NCBI GenBank assembly: GCA_026770705.1
Contig: JANJGN010000036.1
Span: forward strand, 2,294,001 to 2,358,000
DNA length: 64,000 bases
Direction of reading: 5' to 3'
Origin: Isurus oxyrinchus
Taxonomy: Eukaryota
A program made the translations under genes and the position numbers. The stretch's first letter is position 1. The number at the start of each line of letters is the position of its first letter. Of this stretch, positions 24,924-35,048 are shown piece by piece. The notes beneath the pieces are model-generated. The model did no database searches and had not been told where the DNA came from. It worked only from the letters and a program-made list of their open reading frames with translations.

Positions 24924-27411
24924 ATGAACTTCCCCGCTGTTTGTGTTTTGTCCCATCTCTTCCGGGGTGAGATATCTTAACATGTTCAGATAGAGTGGAG
25001 AAGGGTTGGGAGAGAGTAAATAAGGAGAAACAGTTTCCACTGGGCAGGAGGTCCGGCAATTAGAGGGACGCAGATTGAAGAGAATCGGCAGACAAGCAGA
25101 AGTGGGGTGGGGATGGGGCGGGGGGAGGGGATGGGGGTGCGGGCGGACGGAAAGATTTTTATTAACTAAGAGAGTTGTTGTGATCTGGAAGGCGCTGCCT
25201 GAAAAGGCGATAGAAGCAGATTCAATAGGAACTTTCAACAGGGAAATTGGATAAATACCTGAAAGGGAAATATTGGCAGGGATAAGCGGGAAGGAGCAGG
25301 GAACAGAATGGGGGATAACTGGTTAGATCTCTCAAAGTGCCAGCATCCTGAAGGGCCGAATGGTCTCCGCCTGCGCTGCGCAGCTCCATAAGATGCAATT
25401 CAGTTCTCAAGTTCGATGCAAAAATAGAGCGAATATAGTCAACAATGGGAAAACTGCATCAGGAAAAATGCATGGAATTAATTTGAAATGTAACTTCTCT
25501 TGGGGTAAAAGATGTGTGTTGGCCCCATCGACATTATTGCCGACTGAGAAGAGGACAGAGTTTAAAGTAGATCATTAGAGTGAGTTAGAGTCTCTGGAAC
25601 AAAATAAAATGCCCAAAGTCAGCGGAGAGGAACAGGAAAGAAAGGGTGGAAGAGAGAAAATATATAAGTTCGAAAATGTAGATTTGAAGCAGCTCTTTTT
25701 ATTAATTCACTTCACACAGTTCCGATTTGTATCTCCCACTGAGTATCCCAGGTTTACTGCTGAATGGACTCGGACTGTGCCCTTGGAAAGATAGGGATAA
25801 AATGGCGCCAGCAACCGATTGCACGTGATTTTTCCACATGAACTATATATTGTTTTAATCATTGTGCCTCATCCCGATCGGGGTGTATTCGCCGGAGGCA
25901 GGCTTCTGACGAGAGGGTGTGCGGGTGCGGGGTCGCGGGTTGCACTATAACCTGAGGTGACTTGTTTATTTCTGTCTTGCTCAGTTATTGTTTCACAGCC
26001 TGTCTTGTACCAGTCTCCGAACGTTCAGACACTCCCTGCGGGGGGTCGCGCTAAATTGAGCTGCCACACGGAGCCATCTACACCTGGGATCATCTCCTGG
26101 CACAGTCAGCGGGAGCGAAACGACATGAAGCTGGTTTACATAGCGTATAAGCAAATCCCAGCAGAGGGGAGGTTTTCCAGTGAGATTTCTGATAAAGCGG
26201 GTTATTATTCATTGGTCATTGCGGATACCCGGAGACATGATTCTGGAATGTATTACTGCGCAATCCGAAATTACCAGAATCGGACTTTCATATTCGGAAA
26301 TGGCTCCCAGTTAGTGATTACATGTAAGTTTCATCATTATTCCACCGAATTGCCCATTTCCACAGCAATTAAATGTATCTACATTGAACTGTTAATGGGT
26401 TGTCTGTTCCATTTGCCAAATTTAGACGGCTCCCCGAGCATATTCCTCCTCACTCCGCCAGAGGAGGAGATTCCTTTCATGGAAAGGGTCCCGTTGTTGT
26501 GTTTGATCAGAGGCTTGTCCCCCGATTCCTTTCCCGTCCGGTGGAATGTTTCCGGGAGGGATGCTGAAGGACAATCCGATTCCGGGGCAATTGAGACCGA
26601 CGGCAGCTATACCATCAGGAGTTACACAAGCGTCTGGGCGGAAACTTGGAGAAGTGGCGCTCTCTGTACTTGCGCCGTTCAAATCAATTCCAGTGAAAAT
26701 CTTCTCAGTGCAAGTGTCTCATCTCAGAGAGGTAGCTGCTAACAGTGACCGTTTACCAAGCTAGTTAATGCTAATGGAAGGCTTTGTCAATTTTGTAAAT
26801 TAAAATTGCCCATCTTTCTCTGTGCGTCCATGTATCATCATTTTGTCATTGACCTATCATGGATCTCTCCGTCTTTCAGACTTTAGTTTTCTAAAATTCT
26901 AACTCCTCTGTTCTCTCTACCCCAGCGAATTATGGATGTTCAATCACTGATGTAGATTTCTGTGCGTTAAGGGAATAAAGGATGTGGGCAGGGCAGGAAA
27001 GTGTATTTAATGTACAATATTAACCGTGGTCTTATTGAATGGCGGATCTCCTTGAGGGGCTGAATGGTCTCCTGCTTCTATTTCTTGTGTTCTTGTGTCG
27101 GGCTAGGCATAATGTCATGGTTGCATGTCACTGGCTCATTTGTCCGTGTACAAACTTGAAAGGTGTGATTACATTCCCAGTGTATTACTTCGTCTCACCA
27201 TGCCTGTGTACAATTATCTATTGATCTTTCTAACTACTTAACATTCATAATGCTTCTGCCTGTCTTAGTCAAACAGTGAGGTAGAAGGTATCTTCTAGAT
27301 CTGTGTGTCTATCTCTTTATCTGACTATCCATCTCTCTTGTCCTCTATCAATATTTCCATTCCTGACCTAGTGCAGTTTAAGATGGCTGTTTTATATATT
27401 TGACTGCCTGA

Positions 27412-27452
<41 letters not shown>

Positions 27453-29084
27453 GAACCCCTATCTCTATAACTTCTGCTCTCTGTCTCTCCCGGTCCCTTT
27501 CGCTATTTGTCTCTTCACTTTCTGCCTATCTCGTGCAATTCTTTCATCTATTGATTTATATATTGATTTATCTATCCATCCCACTCTCCGTCTGCTTATC
27601 TTATCTATTTCTACCCTAGTTAAATGGTGCGTTAAAAGAAATCTGGAATATTCATCTATCTTCCTATGTTTTGATCTCCCTCCATCTCTCCCTCTCTCCC
27701 TCTTTGTCTCCTTCCCTCTCTGTCTATGTCGTGGTCTCTCTCTCTATCGTGTTTGATCCAGTTAAACATTTCTGGAAAATTTTCATGCTCTTATCTACCG
27801 CATTATCTTCATCACTCTCTCTCTATCTATCTATCCAGCTCTCCATCCATCTCTCCATCCATCTCTCCATCTATCTCTTTACTCCACCTGCCTCACCCCT
27901 CTCCTAATCTCCAGCTGTTGCTCTCCTTCTGTATCCCCATTTCTCCTTTCACCCCCCCCCAGCTCTTCCTTCCTCCCTCGTTCCCTTTTCTCCCTATCTT
28001 CCTCTCTCCCTCGCTCCCTCCATCTCCTCCCTCTCCCTCTTCTCCTCTTTCCCCGACCCTCACTCTCCCTCTCTGTCCCCAACTCCCCCTCTCTCTAACC
28101 CTCCCTCTCTCCCATATCTCTCATCACTCACTCTCTACCCCTGTCTCCCCACCTCTCCCTCTCTCCCTCGCACCCTCCCCCCCCCCCCCCCCCCGCATCG
28201 CTCCCTCTCTGTGCAGCTCTCCTCTCTCCCGCTCTACTCCTTTCACCCTCTCCACCCTTTTCTCCCTCTCCACGCCTCTCTCCCCTGTTTGCTCTCCCGC
28301 TCCCTGTCGCCTCTCTCATCACCTTCAAATATTTCCCTCCGTAATTCTACCCTGGTTAAAGAGTTTTCTCTAAGTGATCTGTTCTCTTTATCATTCTCTG
28401 TCCATCTCTCCCTGGCTAAACATTTCTTTGCTATTAAAACAGTGTTCTATCTATCTCTCCCTGTCATTCTGCCTCTATCTCTCTTTCGTTACCTGTCAAT
28501 GTTTGTCCTTTTTAAATGGTGTTCTATAAGGTCGCTGCTCTCTCTCTCCCTCGCTTGCTCACTCTCTATTTCAGTTTTTATAAACTGATTTATTTATCTC
28601 TCTATCTCTTCTCCTCTTTCTACCGCGTTCTACTTCTGCCCTGTTTCAACAATGTTGTATAAGATCTCTGCTCTATTTCGGGATAATGAAATTAGCAAAA
28701 ATCGATTTCCGTCTCCAAGTGAAATAACACATTCAGGTTTGTCATTTTTTCCCCACTTCATTAATTAGTTCCGCAAACTTTCTTTTAAATGAAAGTTTTT
28801 TTTCACAGATTATCCACTCCCTGCCACTTGCAGTTTCTGGCTTTCCTGGAGGTTGTCGGCGGCGGCCCTTCTTCTTCTGGGAATGATCCTAGTGGCTGGG
28901 AGGAGTTGCAGGAACCGGCAGACAGGTAGCAATTGATGGGAGATGCTGTAGTTCCCCTGCACTCTCAATCCAACCATTTATCAATTGGTTATTGGCACTT
29001 TCAGCCGGTCCAGTGTGAAATGTAACCGCTCATGCTCAGTTCATTTTTTTCTTTCTGACAGGCAACATTGATGAGCATCGATGA
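24924..29084 (+). CDS. Gene A2: VJ-C1-TM IgSF gene with TM arginine and short tail, 275 aa
   Basis: Leader 24924-24966 (MNFPAVCVLSHLFR), VJ 25985-26323, C1 26426-26731, TM 28809-28925, cyt1 from 29062 with stop at 29082-29084 (GNIDEHR*). The stop results from a 4-nt ATTG insertion relative to A3. A decayed last exon lies at 29765-29809. Confidence 0.75.
25985..26323 (+). CDS. A2 VJ exon
   Basis: LYQSP...AKLSC...ISWHSQ...EGRFS...YSLVI...DSGMYYC...FGNGSQLVIT. tcag| acceptor and |gtaagt donor; 339 nt. Confidence 0.92.
26426..26731 (+). CDS. A2 C1 exon
   Basis: PSIFLLTPPEEE...LLCLIRG..PDSFPVRWNVSG...DGSYTIRSY...ETWRSG..CTCAV. 306 nt. Confidence 0.92.
27410..28620. repeat. CT-rich low-complexity tract (A2 intron)
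   Basis: Polypyrimidine degenerate microsatellite. Confidence 0.85.
28809..28925 (+). CDS. A2 stalk/TM exon
   Basis: ttttcacag|DYPLPATCSFWLSWRLSAAALLLLGMILVAGRSCRNRQT|gt. Homologs lie at 5492-5611 and 52218-52337. Confidence 0.78.
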
Positions 29085-31486
29085 GGAACTGACAGTTTCC
29101 AGAGGACAACGAGAGAATAAAGAGGTAAAATAATGGAATTGTTGTTGCCACAAGCGTGGATACATTTCACTGAACTTTCATCCAAGGTTTAACTTTCATA
29201 GTTATGGCGTTAAATCTTGAAAACTTTGCTTCTTGGGCACCACAGAATGGCAGAAACTAGGCTCCAATCCCTCTTTTTGGGAAGATTAAGGGGTGATTTA
29301 ATCGAGGGGTTTAAGATGATAAAAGAGTACGATTGTGCCTATAATGATAAATTATTTGCTCTGGTGACCCGAGGGTGGGGGGTGGCGGGGGAGAGGGTGA
29401 GTAGTTGGGAGTTGGGGGGCTGGAATCCAGAGCTAGGGGGCAGAACCTTAAAGTTTGCGCTGGGACGTTCAGTGGTGGTGCCAAGAAGCACTTAGTCACA
29501 CAAAGGTGAGTGGAAATGGAGTTCTCTCCCCTCAAAAGCTGCTGAGGCTGCGGGATCAATTGGAAATGTCAAAACTGAGATTGATAGATTTTTGTTGGGC
29601 AAGGAGATTAAAGAGTATGGAACTAATGTGAGTAGATGGAAGTTATAATACAGATCCTGCATGTTCTAATTGAATAGACTGGACATTCTGCATGGCCTCC
29701 TCTTGTCCCTATGATGATCGTGTTTGTTGTAATAAGAGTTTCTGTTTTTAGTTGTTCTCCACAGACACTTAATGCGGGCAAGACCTTTAAGGAGGGTCCC
29801 ACACTCTGATTGGAGAGGAAAGAGGAACAATCACAGTCTGCCTCCCGAACATGACGTGTTGTAAAAAGTTTCGTCTGTTGGGCGGGAAATTCCGAAAGCC
29901 CAACCGATGCAAATTCAGGCGCATGGTCGGCGCAATTTTATGATGTCACCCAAATTGTGAACTGAATAATCTCTTAACGCCGGTTATCCTAACGATGAAA
30001 TATCACCTTCAGTTCCACTCCAGCCTCTCCAGTTTTATGTTATCTTGTATTAGTGTTTATTATTGAACTCTATCTTTATTCAGTATGTCAGCAAGATAGT
30101 ATTCAAACAGACTTTACAATGTATCTGTGCTCGAGCTACCTACATATTAAAACAGATTTGAAAACCAACGACAATATCTCTGAGGCCAATTTGCAAAAAC
30201 ATTTATCGAGCGAATGTAAGCAGGATAGAAGTAGGGTTAAGAACCGACAGGAACTGGATGGGGATTTAGGCTGCATTGATATAAAAGCTGCGGTATAGTG
30301 GTCCCCGAGACTTCACTGGTTGTGTCCTGGGAGGGAACAATGTTACATTTACTCTTGAAAGAAGATTATTTACAATCCATCCGCCCTTTTGATAATACAG
30401 TTGAATGAATTTTTACGACTGAAAACACTGTTTGGAAGGCATTTAAAGCATAGGAGGAGACAATTCGGCCCGTCACGCCTGGGCCAGCTTTTTCAAGGTG
30501 CACTTTAGTCCCACACCCCAGTTTCCTCCTCATGATCCTATGAATTAGTCCTCTTGTAACACAACGCCCATTAATTGTTAGTCTCTATCCTGAGCATAGG
30601 ACATCCCATCCGCTGTGACTAAAAGTGGTTTGCTGCCGATGTTAATAATTCACAAACCAGAACACAATTCGCTCCTCACATTAGAAACTGATTCTTAAGC
30701 GATATCTTTTATTTCATCAATATTAAAAAGCTGCTCTGGAAACTGTTGTGCGCTGATTACTAGATATTTTTGCTGACAATAAAACTCTTGTCTGCAGAGT
30801 GTGTTGTGCATCCTATTCATAGCAGATAGGGAGATTCCCAAATTAACACTGGCTTATTTTGCTGTAAAGACTCATTCTGCACAGGTATTTCCAAAGTATT
30901 TCCAGACACTGATTAAAAGACTCAGATGCAAAAGGTCAACCTGCTAATCACCGTTCATCCGTACGGCAAGGTTTGTCATCCTCAACCTGCAGGAATGTAA
31001 CTTTTTCCTTAAAAATTCCAGGAAACTTTGCAAGCAATTCTCAATTCTACTTACTCAGAGAACCATTCGTGGTGCTGATCACGCTGTGCCATCGACCTCC
31101 AGGCATCAGTCCTCATAATATCTTGACCTATTGACTCTAGATGCACATTGGAGCCATTCAACCCCTCTGGTTGGATCTGGCATTCCATCAGGTCATGGCT
31201 GAACTTAGGAAATTGAGATAGTTTAAGTATGTTTATTTGGGTTTTTTAAGTATAAGGTACATCTTTAATTTTAAGTTCAATTTATCAAATTGTTTCTCTT
31301 TGTCGATTAAAATGTGAAACCTGGGATCTGCTTTCAATTTTGAATGGAGGCAGCAGGTCTACATGTCTGTTTTTATACTTGGGTGCCATGGCTGTTGAAG
31401 AGAAGGTGAAACAATCACAAGAGTTGAGCAAACGGCACCGTTGCCTAATAATAGGGGTCCAGGGAGGGACGCTCTCGCACAGATGA

Positions 31487-31525
<39 letters not shown>

Positions 31526-32294
31526 GAGGGGCAGAGGGAAAGCAGCAGTTTGCGGTCACATGAAAGGAGCTCCCAGAGAGAGGCTGGAAAGCGCAGAGCT
31601 CCCGATAGCAAGTCCAAACTGAAGTTGAAGCCAAGAGCCCTGATAAGCAATCTACTGGGAAAAGGGACTGCAGAGAGCAGATTTCCCAAAATATCCGAAA
31701 ACTCCCAAACCCAAGAAGTGAGGCAGAAAGGGGACAAAATCCCAAGAAGACTTTCTAGTTAATTGAAGGAAAGGAACCTAGTGTAGAATTGACTGGGCAT
31801 TTGGATATGCTCATTTTACCATGCAACTCTACCTGGGGAATCACAGGATGGCAAGTCTGTTCCTGCTGCATCTAAACCTCAGCTCCTCGTCTGTAATAAA
31901 GGGCAGCTAGCAGTGAGGGAGAAACACCATCAGACATACTGCTGCCACCGGAGAAGGTGGTTGAAGAACTGAATGACACAATACACATCCAAGTTTGTGT
32001 ATTTTTAAATCGAATCATTAATCTGCTCGGAGACGAGTTGACAGGAAATGTTTAATGAGTCCTTTAGAGAAAATCTTAAGCTGTTTGAAATTTATAATGC
32101 CAGATTCAAATACTTTAATGATAGACTTGTGGACTTTAGCTGATTATCACAGTTTGACACTGTTCAATGGTAGAATTTATTCTTCAAAATAAATCAGACA
32201 GAAGATTTTATAAAGATGTTGCCCAAAATATTGTTTTAAATTTTAGCCATGGATTATTCTGATAGTGAACCTGATTTGCCGATATTCCACATTC

Positions 32295-33670
32295 TAATCT
32301 CAGTGGTGGAGAAACTACTGGAAGCAACCCTGAGGGACAGAATTAATATACACTGGGAGAAGCAGGCATTAATCAAGGACAGTCAGCATGGCTTTGTTAA
32401 GGGGAAGTCATGTCTGAATAATTTGTTTGGATTTTTCGAAGACGTGACTAGGTTTGTAGATGAAGTCAATGTATTTGACGGAGTTTGCTTCGACTTCAGC
32501 AAGGCTTTTGATAGGGTCCCGCATGGGGGACTGATAAGGAAAGTAAGTGTCCAAGGGATCCAAGACAATCTGACAAATCGGTTCCAGAATTGGCTGCGTG
32601 GCAGGAAGCAGAGGGAACGATTGGGGGGTGGGGGAAATAGCCGAAGGGTGTTTTTGTGACTGGATGCCTATGTCCAGTGGGGTTCCACAGAGATCAATGT
32701 TGGGTCCCTTGCTGTTTGTGGGATATATGAACGATTTAGATTTGAATGTAAGAGGGTTGATCAGTAAGTTCGCAGAAGGCACAAAAACTGTTGGGGTGGT
32801 AAATAGTAAGGAGGATAGCCTTAGATTACAGGAGGATATAGACGGGCTGGTCAGATGGGCTGGTAAGTGGCAAATGGAATTTAATCGAAATAAGTGTGAC
32901 TTGATGCACTTGGGCAGGATAAACAATGCAAGTGGATACACTATCAGTGGGAATACCGAGGATCAGAGGGAACTTCGTGTTCACTCGGTCTCTTATGTAG
33001 AGGGACAGTTAGCTAAGATGGTTAAGAAGGTATATGGGACACTTGCCTTTATTATCTGAGACATAGAGTATAAGGGCAAGGAGGTTATGCCGGAACTGTA
33101 TAAAACGCTGGTTACGCCAAAGGTGGAGCATTACATTCAGTTCTGGAATCTGCATTATAGGAAGCTTGTGATTTGACTGGAAAGAGTGCAGAGGAAATTT
33201 ATCTGGATGTTACCTGGGCTGGAGAGTTTTAGTTATGAGAAGAGATTTGATAGACCGGTGTTATTTTCTTTGCACCAAGAGAGATTGATGGAGGACATGA
33301 CTGAGTTTATGAAATGATGAGGGGCATAGATAGAATAGGCAAGAAGAATTTTTTCCCATTGGTGGAGTGATCAATAACCAGTGGGCATGGATTTACAGTA
33401 AGGGGCCGGAGCTTTATAGGGGATATAAGGAAGATTTCTTTCACCCAGAGGGTGGTGGGAATTTGGAACTCACTGCCTGAAAGGGTGGTAGAGGCAGAAA
33501 CCCTCATAACATTTAAGAAGTATTTGGGATGTGCCATGGCAGACAAGGCTATGGGCATGTTGCTGGAAAATGGGATTCGAATATTTTGGTGTTTTTTCAG
33601 TGGCGCAGACTCAATGGGCCACAGGGCCTTTTTCAGTGCCGTCGACCTCTATGATTCTATGATTCTATGA
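32295..33670 (+). mobile_element. CR1-clade LINE 3' fragment, same insertion site as 7625-8916
   Basis: SQHGFVKGKSCLNNL, DFSKAFDRVPH, GVPQRSMLGPLLF; ends in (ATTCTATG)n at about 33650-33670. Confidence 0.9.
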
Positions 33671-35048
33671 CTTCACCTATTTTGGATACCTTTATGTTTC
33701 TGGATATCACAGAGTGCGGATTAATGGACAACAAGTTAAAAGGTTTGTGTCGGGTCATGAAATTGGTGGCCCCGGTTTTGAGGTTATAACTATCAGGAAA
33801 GATTGAACAGCCCGGGGCTCGTTCCTGTGGAAAAGTGCAGGATGAGGGGGTGACCTGATAGAGGTCTGCAAAATTATGAACATATTCGATATGGTAGACG
33901 TAAGAAGATATTTCCACTTGTGGACCATCAATATAAGATAGTTACCAATAAAACCAATCAGGAATGCAGGAGAAACCTCTTACTCTTACAGTGTAGAGAA
34001 TGTGGAACGCATCCCACAGGGAGTGGCCGAGGTGAATTGTCGAGATGCACTGAAGGAGCAATCAGGATAAACACACGAGGTGTACGGTATAGGGGATATG
34101 TTGATGGTGTGGAATAACAGAGTGTAGGAGGAAGTCCCTGTGGAGCAGAAACACCGGCAGAGAGCAGAAGGCCCTTGCTCCGCTGATCCACAGTAGTAAC
34201 TCTGACACAAAGAGGCAGGCGGGGAGACAGATTCCGGGTGAAAAAGCTAAATACTAAATACTAAAATATTAGCGTCAAATTCTTGTTTTTGTGTCTCAAT
34301 CTGGTGTGTTTATTTTGAAATCAGAATAAATTAATGTGTCCTGGGTGAATTAAACAGAACACACAGAATGAGGGGCATTTCCACTCTGCCCACGCAAATT
34401 TCATAAGCGGAAATGTTGTTGATTGCAACACGATTGCATTTTGTCTCCAGGCTGAACCAGTCTGCAGTACGCACCACCTATGACGCATGTTTACCACGAT
34501 CTGCAGCGTGTTGTCTTTTGTAGGCAGAGTCGTGTGTGGTCTCCTAACCTGTAAGCAGGAAACCTTCAGCTAAAATTCATACGGCGCTATTTTTTACAAT
34601 GCGCTATTTCAAATGTTTCACTTAAGTTCACCCCCGACCCCTCCCCCGCCCCCCACCCCACCCCACCCCCCCGCCCCACCCCCCGTCATCCTGTATCCCT
34701 GGGGGGCAATATTTAGCCCCCAAATAATATAATTAAATGCAAGATCTGTGTCATAATCACTTTGTTATTTGTGGGTCTTGCTGTCTGCAATTTCCGCTGC
34801 CGCGTTTCCTCCATAACAGTGGCTGCACTTGAAACAAAAACGTCCTTCGTTGTCTCTGAAGTGCCTCTTTTTCACTCTTGTTCGTGTTAATGTTTCAAAT
34901 AAAACCCTTAACGTTTGACTCTATTAGCGTGCATTAACGACTGGATGGTCTATTATATATTTTACTGTTGAATCCGATTTGCCATTCGCAGCTATTTCCT
35001 CACCCTCTGCCATAACAGAACCCATAATGCTGATTTTGTATCTCTCAG

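Noticed and set aside
21734-26742. Rearranging TCR/Ig locus
   Set aside because: No heptamer-spacer-nonamer RSS flanks any V. The J motif is already within the V exon, and each V has its own C1, TM and multi-exon tail.
25957-26742. Single-exon 261-aa ORF (also 49351-50100) taken as the whole gene
   Set aside because: These ORFs run through the 102-nt intron and lack the upstream leader exon. Canonical splice sites define the real exons.
34487-34523. Possible leader exon of gene C (MFTTICSVLSFV)
   Set aside because: ATG is present in only one of three copies and no copy has a GT donor. Plausible but unsupported.
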